DNA of 64,000 nt from an uncultured Rubrobacteraceae bacterium. Its GTDB lineage: Bacteria > Actinomycetota > Rubrobacteria > Rubrobacterales > Rubrobacteraceae. Location of the stretch: NCBI GenBank assembly GCA_902806085.1, contig CADCVH010000031.1, positions 15,950 to 79,949 of the forward strand, read 5' to 3'. Both the position numbers and the translations under genes were made by a program. This document shows positions 27,176 through 36,686 of the stretch, in pieces (within the stretch, counting starts at the first letter, position 1; each line of letters begins with the position of its first letter). The notes beneath the pieces were generated by a model, which searched no databases, was not told the origin of the DNA, and was given only the letters and a program-made list of their open reading frames with translations.

Positions 27176-28234
27176 ATGAGAGACGCATCCTACGAGTTCT
27201 TCAAGAGGCTGCTATCGACGCCGGGGCCGAGCGGCTACGAGGCGGCTGCGGCGGAGATCTGGCGGGAGGAGGCGCGGAAGTTCGCCGAGGTTCGCGGGGA
27301 CCGGATGGGAAACTCGCTCGCCACGATAGGGGCCGGCGGGGGGCCGAGGGTCATGCTCGCCGGGCACGTGGACGAGATCGGGCTGATGGTCACCCACATC
27401 GACGAGAAGGGCCTGATCCGGTTCACCGGCGTGGGCGGCTGGGACCCGCAGGTCCTCGTGGGGCAACGCGTGCGGCTGCAGACAAGGGGCGGCGAGGTCG
27501 TCGGCGTGATCGGCAAGAAGGCCATCCACCTGATGGAGGCGGAGGAGCGCAAGAAGGTCTCGCAGATCAAGAGCCTCTGGATCGACATAGGGGCCAAGGA
27601 CGCCGACGAGGCCAAGGAGAAGGTCCGCGTCGGGGACGCGGGCGTCCTCGACCAGGACCTCGTCGAGCTCCCGAACGGCCGCATCGCCTCCCGTTCGGTG
27701 GACAACCGCATGGGGGCCTTCGTGGTGCTCGAAGCGCTTCGTCTCCTATCGGAAGAAGAGAACGTCTCGGCCGAGGTCGTGGCGGTCGCCTGCGTGCAGG
27801 AGGAGATAGGCCTCTACGGGGCGCGCGGCGCGGCCTTCGGCCTCGACCCGCACGCGGCCATCGCGGTGGACGTCACCCACGCGACCGACACCCCCGGCGT
27901 CTCCAAGGACGAGAACGGCGACCACGCCCTCGGGTCTGGCCCCGTCATAGCCAGGGCCTCCAACCTTAGCCCGCTCGTCTCCAACGGCCTCATAGAGGCG
28001 GCCGAGGCGGCGGAGATCCCGTACACCCTCCAGGCCGACTCCCGCTCGACGGGCACCGACGCCGACGCGATACAGTTCCAGCGCGCGGGCATCGCGACGG
28101 GCCTGGTCTCCTGCCCGAACCGCTACATGCACTCCCCGAACGAGGTGGTCGACCTGCAGGACGTGGAGAACTGCGCCCGCGTGATCGCCGCCTACATCAA
28201 GGGCCTCGGCGCGGACGCCGACTTCGTCCGCTAG
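27176..28234 (+). CDS. M42 family metallopeptidase (TET-like aminopeptidase)
   Basis: PGPSGYE, AGHVDEIG, VDNR, QEEIG.GA, DVT, GTDA, RYMHS. Confidence 0.92.
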   Translation: MRDASYEFFKRLLSTPGPSGYEAAAAEIWREEARKFAEVRGDRMGNSLATIGAGGGPRVMLAGHVDEIGLMVTHIDEKGLIRFTGVGGWDPQVLVGQRVRLQTRGGEVVGVIGKKAIHLMEAEERKKVSQIKSLWIDIGAKDADEAKEKVRVGDAGVLDQDLVELPNGRIASRSVDNRMGAFVVLEALRLLSEEENVSAEVVAVACVQEEIGLYGARGAAFGLDPHAAIAVDVTHATDTPGVSKDENGDHALGSGPVIARASNLSPLVSNGLIEAAEAAEIPYTLQADSRSTGTDADAIQFQRAGIATGLVSCPNRYMHSPNEVVDLQDVENCARVIAAYIKGLGADADFVR

Positions 28235-28250
28235 AGAGCCCCGCGATCCT

Positions 28251-29144
28251 GTGACGGCGGCTAAGGGGGGAGAGGGACGCCGGAGCCCGGCGCTCGTGGA
28301 GGCGTCCCTGCTCCTTACGGTCTTCTTTTTCGGGACGAACTTCACGGCGGTGAAGCTCGTCGTGGCGGACGTGCCGCCCGTCCTCTTCGCCGCGGCCCGC
28401 TTCACCCTGGCCGGGCTGCTGCTGCTCGCGATCTCCCGCTTCGCCGAGCCCGGGAACCGCCTGCGGCGCGAGGACGTGCTCCCGATCCTCGGCCTCGGCG
28501 TCGTCGGCATTACCCTCACCCAGACCGTCTTCACCGTGGGCGTGAGCCTCACGACCGCCGCCAACACCGCCCTCGTCTACTCGACGAGCCCCGTGTGGGG
28601 GATGCTGCTCGGCTTCGCCCTCGGCCTGGAACGCCCGCGCCTGGCGGGCGTCCTCGGCATCGGGCTCTCGCTGGTCGGCGTCGGCTTTATCGTCTACGGC
28701 GGCCTGGAGTTCGCCGGCACCAGCCTCGCCGGGGACGCGCTGATACTCGCGGCCGCCGTGTTCTGGGGCTCTTACACCGTTCTCTCCATAGGCCTTCTCG
28801 AACGCTACCCGCCGATCTCGCTCGCGGCCTACGCCATGACCCTCGGCGGCCTCGTCGCCTTCCCGCTCGCCCTCTTCGACCCGCGTCCCCTGGACCTCGC
28901 CTCCCTCGAGGCGACGACCCTGGCCGCCGCCGCGTACTCCATGCTCTTCTCCTCGGCCTTCGGCTTCGCCGCCTGGGGCTGGGGCGTCTCCAGGGCGGGA
29001 GCCAACCGCGTCCTCATCTACCAGTACCTCGTCACCCTGATCGGGGTGAGCACCGGCATAGTCCTTCTCGGCGAAAGCTTCGGACCCCAGCAACTGATCG
29101 GCGCCGCCGTGATCGTCGCCGGCGTGTACCTCGCGAAGAGATAG
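28251..29144 (+). CDS. DMT/EamA family transporter
   Basis: 10 TM helices in two EamA repeats. Confidence 0.9.
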   Translation: MTAAKGGEGRRSPALVEASLLLTVFFFGTNFTAVKLVVADVPPVLFAAARFTLAGLLLLAISRFAEPGNRLRREDVLPILGLGVVGITLTQTVFTVGVSLTTAANTALVYSTSPVWGMLLGFALGLERPRLAGVLGIGLSLVGVGFIVYGGLEFAGTSLAGDALILAAAVFWGSYTVLSIGLLERYPPISLAAYAMTLGGLVAFPLALFDPRPLDLASLEATTLAAAAYSMLFSSAFGFAAWGWGVSRAGANRVLIYQYLVTLIGVSTGIVLLGESFGPQQLIGAAVIVAGVYLAKR

Positions 29145-29285
29145 CTTTGGGCTCCTCGGCGCAAATAAAAACCGGGATGCTGAAAGCGAAGCCCGCGGGG
29201 GCGCGGCGTACTGAAGGCGTAAGCCGAAGGCTCGAGCGTGGCGCAACGAACCAAACCCCGCGCTTGTGCAACAGAGATAATACGA

Positions 29286-29810
29286 ATGATGGGCGACGAG
29301 AGACTTGTGGGGGCCATCGCGGCCGGGGACGGGGAGGCTCTTGGGGAGCTTTTCGGTCGGCACGCGCCCTGGATAGCCGCCCGGCTGCGGCGGGCGATGC
29401 CGGCCCACGCGGTCGAGGATGCGCTGCAGGAGACCTTCATCGCGGTGTGGCGGGGGGCGAAGGGTTTTAAGGGCGAGGGGGCCGTTGGGGCCTGGATCTG
29501 GGGTATAGCCCGCCGCCAGGCCGCGCTCTGGGCGCGCAAGAACGGGCGTCCCGAGTTGAACCTCGAATCTGTCGACCCGGAAGACCCTGCCACGGCGGCA
29601 GCCGTGGGGGCGGACTTCGACCGGGCGCTGGCCGGGCTCGGGCCCGAGGGCGGGGCGCAGCGGGAGCTGGCGCGCATGATCTTCGTGGAGGACCGGTCCG
29701 TCGCCGAGGCCGCCTCGGTCCTCGGCATCCCGCCCGGTACCGTAAAGAGCCGCGTCTACAAGATACGGCGCCTCCTGCGGGCGGCGCTCGTGCAAGGAGA
29801 GTACCGATGA
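29286..29810 (+). CDS. ECF sigma-70 factor
   Basis: EDALQETF..VW, WIWGIARR, GTVKSR. Confidence 0.9.
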   Translation: MMGDERLVGAIAAGDGEALGELFGRHAPWIAARLRRAMPAHAVEDALQETFIAVWRGAKGFKGEGAVGAWIWGIARRQAALWARKNGRPELNLESVDPEDPATAAAVGADFDRALAGLGPEGGAQRELARMIFVEDRSVAEAASVLGIPPGTVKSRVYKIRRLLRAALVQGEYR

Positions 29811-30577
29811 GACACCGCCCCGACGACGCCCGCCACGTGGCGGGTTGCGACGACTGCCAGGCCCGCGCGAGCCTCGGCCACACGGGCTTGGACGTCGACC
29901 TCGAAAGGGTCTGGACCGGCGTAGCGGCCGAGGCCTGGGCCACGCCCGTCGCCTGGCCGGAGAGGGCTATGGGGCGGCTTCTGGGTTCGCCGGGCCTCGC
30001 GCGGGCGCTCGTCACCACGCCTTCGTTGTTCCTCTCCTGGATACTCGCGAGCGTCGCCGTCCTGGCCGCGGGCGTCCTTCTCGCGCCCCTCTCCGGCGAC
30101 CCGTGGGCCGCGTTGCTCGCCCCGGCGCTCGCCGGCGCCGGCATCGCCTACGCCTACGGGCCGGGCGCCGACCCGGCCTTCGAACTCTCCCGCACGATGG
30201 CGACCTCCGGCAGGATGGTACTGCTCGTCCGCGCCCTCTGCGTCTTCGGCCTCAACGCGGCTCTGGGCCTCGTCGCCTCGCTCTTCAGCGCGACGGCTGT
30301 CGGCCTGACGCTCGGCTGGCTCGTCCCGATGACCACCGTCTCGGCCCTGGCCCTCGCGGCGGCGACGCTGTCCCGCTCGGCGAACGTCGGGGTCTTCGTC
30401 GCGCTCTCGAGCTGGGGCTTCGTCGTGACGACCGTCTTTGCCCGCACCCGGGATCTGGCCGTAGCCGTCGAGTCGTGGGCGCTCATGCCGTTTTACCTGG
30501 TTGCGACCGTGGGCCTCGTCGCGCTCACGCTCTACGTCACGACTGGGAACAGGGGAAAGGATCTCACGTGGGGATGA
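29807..30577 (+). CDS. Membrane anti-sigma-like protein (zf-HC2 motif HVAGCDDC)
   Basis: HxxxCxxC near the N-terminus followed by several TM helices; overlaps the sigma stop. Confidence 0.75.
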   Translation: MRHRPDDARHVAGCDDCQARASLGHTGLDVDLERVWTGVAAEAWATPVAWPERAMGRLLGSPGLARALVTTPSLFLSWILASVAVLAAGVLLAPLSGDPWAALLAPALAGAGIAYAYGPGADPAFELSRTMATSGRMVLLVRALCVFGLNAALGLVASLFSATAVGLTLGWLVPMTTVSALALAAATLSRSANVGVFVALSSWGFVVTTVFARTRDLAVAVESWALMPFYLVATVGLVALTLYVTTGNRGKDLTWG

Positions 30578-31317
30578 ACGTCAGGGCCGCCGGGATCTCA
30601 CGCCGCTTCGGCCGGACGGAGGTGCTCGCGGACGTCAACCTGAGCGTCGGGACCGGCGTCTTCGGCCTGCTCGGCCCCAACGGCGCCGGCAAGACGACCC
30701 TCTTGCGAACCCTCGCCACCGCCATCGAGCCCTCGGCCGGTTCCCTGCGCCTACTCGGCTTTGATCCGTCCGACCCCGGCGAGCGCCGCGCCCTCCGGCG
30801 CAGCCTCGGCTACCTGCCGCAGTCTTTGGGTTATTACCCGAACTTCACCGTCTTCGAGTTCGTCGAGTACTTCGCGCTCCTCAAGGAGATGCCCAAGGGC
30901 GAGGTCGGGCCCGCCGTCGCGAGGGCCATCGATCGGGTCGGGCTCGGAGGGCGGGCGAAGAGCAAGATGAAGACGTTGTCGGGGGGCATGATCCGCCGCG
31001 TCGGCATCGCCCAGGCCATAGTGAACGAGCCGACCCTTCTCCTCCTGGACGAACCGACCGCCGGCCTCGATCCTGAGCAGAGGGTGAGCTTCCGGGCCCT
31101 CGTCCGCGACCTTGGCGAGAAGGGCACCGTCGTCGTCAGCACCCACCTCGTGGAGGACGTCGGCGCCGCCTGCACGGAGGTCGCCTTGATGGACGCCGGG
31201 GCCATCGTCTTCCGCGGCACGCCGGAGGAGCTTACGCGGCGGGGCGAGGGCCAGACCGTCGGCGACTCGCCGCTGGAGCGCGGCTACGTCTCCGTGCTCT
31301 CGGGCACGCGAACGTGA
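30574..31317 (+). CDS. ABC transporter ATP-binding protein (export type)
   Basis: GPNGAGKT, LSGGM, LLLDEPT; ATG 30574 overlaps the previous stop. Confidence 0.92.
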   Translation: MNVRAAGISRRFGRTEVLADVNLSVGTGVFGLLGPNGAGKTTLLRTLATAIEPSAGSLRLLGFDPSDPGERRALRRSLGYLPQSLGYYPNFTVFEFVEYFALLKEMPKGEVGPAVARAIDRVGLGGRAKSKMKTLSGGMIRRVGIAQAIVNEPTLLLLDEPTAGLDPEQRVSFRALVRDLGEKGTVVVSTHLVEDVGAACTEVALMDAGAIVFRGTPEELTRRGEGQTVGDSPLERGYVSVLSGTRT

Positions 31318-31340
31318 ACGTGAACGCGAACGTGAACGCG
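31305..31340 (+). repeat. Hexamer tandem repeat (aacgtg/aacgcg) at a gene junction
   Basis: cacgcg aacgtg aacgtg aacgcg aacgtg aacgcg; contains the ATPase stop and encodes NVNANVNA. Confidence 0.75.
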
Positions 31341-32762
31341 GCGGTCAAAGAGACCAGAGAGCCGCGCGCGTTCCCCGGTCTCCTCCGGATAGAGACCCGG
31401 CGCGGCGTGGCGCTGCTTCTCTCGCCCTTCATCCTCGCGGCTGCGTGGTGGATGGCCTGGTACGGGACGTACGGATCGATGATCGAGCCGGGCTTTAGCG
31501 GCGCGTACATCTGGGAGGAGACTAGCCGGGTCGTAAAGGACAGCATCCTGACGACCGGACCGTTGGCGGCGGGGATAGCGGCCTGGGTGGCGGGACGCAA
31601 CCGGCGGCGCGGCGTGGGGGACCTTCTTTCGACCACCGCCCTACCCGGGGCCCGGCGGGAACTCTTTACCTGGACCGGTGCCGCGCTGCCCTTCGTGGGG
31701 ATCTACCTGGGCCTGGTCGTGCTGCTCGGCGTGCCGACCGCCATCAACGCGACCTGGGGGACGCCCATCTTCGGCTACATCCTCGTCGGCCTCGTCGCCC
31801 TGCTGTGGGACTCGGCTTTGGGCTTCGCGGCGGGCTACTGGCTGCCGAGCCGCTTCACCGCGCCGCTCGTCGCCGTAGCCCTGTACGTGGCCCACCTCCT
31901 CCCGATGGGCGCCTCGGACTACGACAGCGGCGTCGGCCTGCTCTCCCCGGCCGCCTACAGCAACATGTCGGGCGCCGACGTCTTCCACGAGGCGCCGCCC
32001 ATCGCGGCGCAGCAGATCATGCTCTTCGGCGGCCTCGCCGCCGCGGCGCTCGCGTCCGTGGCTGTTCGGGCCGGCGCCCGGCGGGCGGGAAGGATCTCGC
32101 TCACGGTCGCGCTTCCCGTAGCCGCCGGCGGCCTCGTCGCCGCCCTCATGTCCGGTAACCCGTACGGGTTCAACGCGGCGGAGGCGGAGCCGGTACCGTT
32201 CGAGTACGTCTGCGAGGGAGGCGGGATCACGGTCTGCGTCCACCCCGCCTACTCGAAGCTGCTCCCCGAGACGACGACAGCGGTGAACCGGGTCGCCGAA
32301 CCGCTCGTCGGCGTAATCGGGGCCCCCACGCGCGCGGTGCAGATAGACCACTACATGACGCCGAAGGACTTCGAGAAAGGAACCGCCACCTTCGGATACG
32401 TCGGCGACGAGGCGAAGTTCGATGTGGCCTACAGTCTGGTTGCGGACGAAGCGACGATGGAGGAGCTCGCGTCGACCGGAAAAGAAGAAGGGTTCACCAA
32501 GGAAGACGTACGGGTATGCGGTGGTTCCCCCCCGAGGAGGTTTTTCTCTCCTTCATACGAGGCCCAGTCGGTGGTGGGCGATTGGCTTCTGGCCCGCAGC
32601 GGTGGAAAACTCCCCCCTCGGGGCTCTACCGGCGACTGTCCCAACGCTGAGGACCTCATCGAGGGGTTCGCGGCCCTGGATCCCGCCGAGCGCCGGGCGT
32701 GGCTCGACGAGAACCTGGCAGACCTGCGCGCAGGCCGCGTCTCGCTGGACGACCTACCGTGA
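31314..32762 (+). CDS. Putative ABC permease-like membrane protein with C-terminal extracytoplasmic domain
   Basis: Many TM helices, then a soluble Cys-containing domain; operonic with the ATPase. Confidence 0.7.
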   Translation: MNVNANVNAAVKETREPRAFPGLLRIETRRGVALLLSPFILAAAWWMAWYGTYGSMIEPGFSGAYIWEETSRVVKDSILTTGPLAAGIAAWVAGRNRRRGVGDLLSTTALPGARRELFTWTGAALPFVGIYLGLVVLLGVPTAINATWGTPIFGYILVGLVALLWDSALGFAAGYWLPSRFTAPLVAVALYVAHLLPMGASDYDSGVGLLSPAAYSNMSGADVFHEAPPIAAQQIMLFGGLAAAALASVAVRAGARRAGRISLTVALPVAAGGLVAALMSGNPYGFNAAEAEPVPFEYVCEGGGITVCVHPAYSKLLPETTTAVNRVAEPLVGVIGAPTRAVQIDHYMTPKDFEKGTATFGYVGDEAKFDVAYSLVADEATMEELASTGKEEGFTKEDVRVCGGSPPRRFFSPSYEAQSVVGDWLLARSGGKLPPRGSTGDCPNAEDLIEGFAALDPAERRAWLDENLADLRAGRVSLDDLP

Positions 32763-33397
32763 GGTTAGCGGCGTTGTTCCTGCGCTCCCGGCGCGCCGGG
32801 ACGGCCGTCATGATCCTCGCGGGAACGGCGGCCGTCTGCTGGGTCCTGACGTGGTGGCTCTTCTCGCAGACGCCCTACGGTGCGGCGCGCGGCGGCCTGA
32901 GCCTGACCCTAGTCTTCGGGAGCCTGGCCGCGTCCTGCGTGGTGGGCGCTGGCGCCGCATCTCCCTTTGGCGACGCCGAACGGACCTCCGCCAGGCCGCT
33001 CGCGCCGGCACGTTTCCTGCACTTCTCCGGGCTGCTTCTCCTGTCTTCGCTCGTCCTCTGCTGCGTCTTGCTGCTCATCGACCTTACCGGTGCGCGGCCG
33101 GAACACCCCCTGCTCGTGCTCGTCCGCAACGTGGCGGCCCTGGGTGGACTCGCTCTGCTCTCCGCGAGGCTGGTCGGGGCCCGACTCTCCTGGATACCCC
33201 CGTTCGTCTTCTCCATCGGCTACCTCACGGCTATGGGCACCGGCAGCGACCTCCTCTCCGCCTTCGTCAACCGGTCCCACGACGGCCTGCACGGCCCCTC
33301 CTGGATCGCGGCGCTCCTCATGCTCGTCGCGGGCCTGGGGCCGGTCTGCGCGCGGGGCGCGCGGGAGAGGGTGGGCAAGACCGAGGAAAGCCCGTAG
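32759..33397 (+). CDS. Hypothetical membrane protein (second permease-like subunit)
   Basis: About 6 TM helices; GTG 32759 overlaps the previous TGA. Confidence 0.65.
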   Translation: MRLAALFLRSRRAGTAVMILAGTAAVCWVLTWWLFSQTPYGAARGGLSLTLVFGSLAASCVVGAGAASPFGDAERTSARPLAPARFLHFSGLLLLSSLVLCCVLLLIDLTGARPEHPLLVLVRNVAALGGLALLSARLVGARLSWIPPFVFSIGYLTAMGTGSDLLSAFVNRSHDGLHGPSWIAALLMLVAGLGPVCARGARERVGKTEESP

Positions 33398-33563
33398 CCC
33401 GGCTCGAGACGAAGAGGGGAGGGTTATAAATCGAGGGGCATTGCTCCAATGCTTGAGGTCGACGTTATCCACCTCGCCGCCCACGCCTACGGGCCCGGTG
33501 GCGACCATTCGGGAGCGGGCGCCTCCATCGACGGCCCCTGGAACTTTTGTTTCTCTCTTCGAA

Positions 33564-34631
33564 CTACCCGCCCCAGGTCGCGCGCAAGACCCGCAGCCAG
33601 TTCTCGTGCGCGAGCTTCCGTAGCTCCGTTTCGCCGTAGCCGCGCCCTTCCAGGGCGGCCAGTAGCTTCGGCAACCCCGAAACGTCGCCGATGGTCTCCG
33701 GCACCTTCGCCCCGTCGAAGTCCGAGCCGAAGCCCACGCGGTCGATGCCAACCCGGTCGACGAGGTGGTCCACGTGGCGCACGAGCGTCTCGAGCGGGGT
33801 GTTTGCGTCGTCGCGGCCGTCCTCGCGCAGAAACGAGACCGCGAAGTTCAGGCCGACCATGCCGTCGGAGGCCCGGATGGCGTCTAGCTGGCGGTCGGTG
33901 AGGTTGCGCGGGGTGGGGCAGAGGGCGTGGGCGTTCGAGTGGGTCGCGACGAGCGGGGCGTCCGAGAGGCCTGCCACGTCCCAGAAACCCCTCTGGTTGA
34001 GGTGGGAGAGGTCGATCAGAACGCCAAGCCGGTTGCACTCCCGGACGAGGCTACGTCCCGCTTCGGTCAGGCCGGGGCCCGTATCGGGGGAGCCCGGAAA
34101 CCGGAACGGGACGCCGTACGCGTAGGCGTTGGGCCGGCTCCACACGAGCCCGAGAGAGCGCAGGCCGAGACCGTAGTGTTCTTCGAGCGCACCAGGGTCG
34201 GGACCCAGGTTCTCCGCGCCTTCGAAGTGGAGGATGGCGGCCACGACGCCCTCGTCCAGGCAATCCCGAATCTCCGCCGCCGTCCTGACGACCTTGAGCC
34301 GGCCCCCGGACTCGCCTTCGAGCCGGAAGAGCAGGGACGCCATCGCGTCCGCAAAACCGCGGGCGTATTCGGGGTCGAGCGGCGGGGAACCCGCGACCTC
34401 GTAACCGTCTTCCGTTATCTTGAGCGCCGACTCCTCCGTCCAGCCGGCCTTCGGGTTCGGGGGCGCGAAGCAGGCGAAGAACCCCCCGCCGAAGCCGCCT
34501 TCGAGGGCGCGAGGAAGGTCCACGTGGCCGACATCGCCCTTCTCGAAGAAATCGCGGCCTCTGCCACGGTTGCGGAGCAGGAGGTTCAGCAGCGTGTCGT
34601 TGTGGCCGTCGAAGACGGGTACGCGGTCCAT
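33564..34631 (-). CDS. Membrane dipeptidase (M19) family
   Basis: DGHND, HFEGAE, DLSH, SHS-like ATHSNA, RNLTD, GSDFDG; ATG 7 nt after TATGAT. Confidence 0.92.
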   Translation of the reverse strand: MDRVPVFDGHNDTLLNLLLRNRGRGRDFFEKGDVGHVDLPRALEGGFGGGFFACFAPPNPKAGWTEESALKITEDGYEVAGSPPLDPEYARGFADAMASLLFRLEGESGGRLKVVRTAAEIRDCLDEGVVAAILHFEGAENLGPDPGALEEHYGLGLRSLGLVWSRPNAYAYGVPFRFPGSPDTGPGLTEAGRSLVRECNRLGVLIDLSHLNQRGFWDVAGLSDAPLVATHSNAHALCPTPRNLTDRQLDAIRASDGMVGLNFAVSFLREDGRDDANTPLETLVRHVDHLVDRVGIDRVGFGSDFDGAKVPETIGDVSGLPKLLAALEGRGYGETELRKLAHENWLRVLRATWGG

Positions 34632-34672
34632 TCGCCCGATCATACAGAACTACCCGTTGGGCGCCACGAGAG

Positions 34673-34698
34673 GGCGGGGCCGCCGAAGCGGCCCCGCC
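34673..34698 (-). terminator. 11-bp hairpin with UUCG tetraloop after moeZ
   Basis: ggcggggccgc-ttcg-gcggccccgcc on the minus strand. Confidence 0.65.
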
Positions 34699-34717
34699 AA
34701 CAACATCTGAAACCTCT

Positions 34718-35902
34718 CTAGTACTTCGGGACGCTCGGGTCGATCTCCTCGCTCCAGGCGGTGATGCCGCCCTTGACGTTGTAGACGTTCGTAAAGCCGG
34801 CGTCCTGCAGGAGCTTGACGGCCTTGGCGCTCCGCCCGCCGGTCTTGCAGTGGATGGCGAAGTTCTCGCTCTGGTCGAACTCCGCGAGGCGCTGCGGCAA
34901 TTCGCCCAGGGGCACGAGCTTCACGCCGATGTTCGCGACCTCGTACTCGTGCGGCTCGCGCACGTCGAGCACGTTGATGTCCTCGCCGTTGTCCAGCTTG
35001 CCCTTGAGGTCCTTGACCGTGATCTCCGGCACGCCGTTGTTCTCTTCGGCGGCGTTGGCCTGCGGGATGCCGCAGAACTCCTCGTAGTCGATGAGCCCGG
35101 TGACGGTCGGGTTCTCGCCGCAGATGGGGCAGTTCGGGTCCTTGCGCAGCTTCATCTCGCGGAAGCTCATCCCGAGGGCGTCGTAGAGCATCAAGCGGCC
35201 GATGAGCGGCTCGCCTATGCCCAGGATCAGCTTGACGGCCTCCGTCGCCTGGATCACCCCTATCGCGCCGGGGAGGATGCCAAGGACCCCGCCCTCGGCG
35301 CAGGAGGGAACCAGGCCGGGCGGCGGGGGCTCGGGGTAGAGGCAGCGGTAGCAGGGGCCTTCCTCGGCCCAGAAGACGCTCGCCTGGCCCTCGAAGCGGA
35401 AGATCGAGCCGTAGACGTTCGGCTTGCCGAGCAGGACGCAGGCGTCGTTCACGAGGTACCGCGTCGGGAAGTTGTCCGTGCCGTCCACGATCACGTCGTA
35501 GTCGCGGAAGATCTCGAGCGCGTTCTCGCTGGTCAGCGCCTCCTCGTGGACCACAACCTCGACGTTGGGGTTGATGTCCTTGATCTTGTCGCGGGCGCTC
35601 TCGACCTTCGGGCGCCCAACGTCCGAGGTGCCGTGGATGATCTGGCGCTGCAGGTTCGACTCGTCGACGACGTCGAAATCGACGATCCCGATGGTCCCGA
35701 CCCCGGCCGCCGCCAGGTACAGCGCGAGCGGGCTGCCGAGGCCGCCCGTGCCGACGGTGAGGACCCTGGCGGCCTTGAGCTTCTTCTGCCCGTCGAGGGC
35801 GACCTCGGGCATGATGAGGTGGCGGCTGTAGCGGGCTATCTCTTCGTTGGAGAGATCGACAGCCCCGTTGGGCGACTGCACTAACGGTTCGCGCGTCTGC
35901 AT
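34718..35902 (-). CDS. moeZ: ThiF/MoeB adenylyltransferase-rhodanese fusion
   Basis: RYSRH, GTGGLG, SNLQRQ, CYRC, PSCAEGGVLG, CPIC, rhodanese HCKTGGRS. Confidence 0.93.
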   Translation of the reverse strand: MQTREPLVQSPNGAVDLSNEEIARYSRHLIMPEVALDGQKKLKAARVLTVGTGGLGSPLALYLAAAGVGTIGIVDFDVVDESNLQRQIIHGTSDVGRPKVESARDKIKDINPNVEVVVHEEALTSENALEIFRDYDVIVDGTDNFPTRYLVNDACVLLGKPNVYGSIFRFEGQASVFWAEEGPCYRCLYPEPPPPGLVPSCAEGGVLGILPGAIGVIQATEAVKLILGIGEPLIGRLMLYDALGMSFREMKLRKDPNCPICGENPTVTGLIDYEEFCGIPQANAAEENNGVPEITVKDLKGKLDNGEDINVLDVREPHEYEVANIGVKLVPLGELPQRLAEFDQSENFAIHCKTGGRSAKAVKLLQDAGFTNVYNVKGGITAWSEEIDPSVPKY

Positions 35903-35953
35903 GTTATGAAAACCTCTTTGTAGGGAGTTACGGGTGAAAGACGGGGCGCGGGC

Positions 35954-36247
35954 CTAGAGACATCGCCCTTCGGACACACCACCGGCTATGGATGGAATTA
36001 TGGAGAGCTCGTCCGCGTCGGCGACCTCGGTGTCGGGGCCGTCGAGGTAACGGATGTCCTCGTCGCCCTTGTACACGTTGACGAACGAGCGCAGCTTGCC
36101 GTCGCCGGTGTAGAGGTGTTGCTTGAGGTCCGGGTACTCGGTGGCGAGGTTGCCGAGGGCGTCGCCCGCGGTGCCGCCGCCGACCTCGACCTGCGACTCC
36201 CCGCCGGTGTACTGCCTCAAGGGCGTTGGGATCTTGACCTTCGGCAT
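35954..36247 (-). CDS. cysO: MoaD/ThiS/CysO ubiquitin-like sulfur carrier with C-terminal extension
   Basis: IPTPLRQYT, FVNVY....DIRYL.G, IIPSIAGG followed by VSEGRCL. Confidence 0.85.
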   Translation of the reverse strand: MPKVKIPTPLRQYTGGESQVEVGGGTAGDALGNLATEYPDLKQHLYTGDGKLRSFVNVYKGDEDIRYLDGPDTEVADADELSIIPSIAGGVSEGRCL

Positions 36248-36265
36248 AATATTCTCCTCTTTCTC

Positions 36266-36685
36266 TTAACCTACGATGGTCTCTTCGTCGTAACCGGAAC
36301 GGTCATCCTGGAGCAGCCACGAGCGCATGTCTTGCACGCTCTCCTTGCCGACGGAGGCTATCACGTAAGAGTAGCCGGGCCAGGCGTGGTCCCGGTCGTA
36401 CTCGGACGGCTCCGCCGGGTGGTCCGGGTGGGAGTGGTAGAAACCGAGCACGCCCATCTCCCGCTCCTCGGCCCGGTCTTCGTACTCCTTGATCTTCGAA
36501 GGCTCGATCAAAAAGCGCCTGGACCGCTCCTCCTCGTGGGTGTTCTCCGCCCGCCACACGTCGACGACGACCTTCGTCCCGCCCGCGTCTATGCCCACGA
36601 GCGCCCCGGCGCACTCCTCTGGGTACGCCTCGAGCGCGTGCTCGTGGATCCTCTCGACGTCCCCCGCGCCTATCTTGAGGGCCAC
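36266..36685 (-). CDS. mec: JAMM/MPN+ (M67) metallopeptidase
   Basis: YPEEC.G and HSHPDHPAEPSEYD (HxH-x7-S-x2-D); GTG 36685 with GGAGG SD. Confidence 0.92.
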   Translation of the reverse strand: MALKIGAGDVERIHEHALEAYPEECAGALVGIDAGGTKVVVDVWRAENTHEEERSRRFLIEPSKIKEYEDRAEEREMGVLGFYHSHPDHPAEPSEYDRDHAWPGYSYVIASVGKESVQDMRSWLLQDDRSGYDEETIVG

Positions 36686-36686
36686 G

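Noticed and set aside
33400-33560. Lower-GC intergenic stretch as a gene remnant or ncRNA
   Set aside because: No recognisable motif, repeat or convincing structure.
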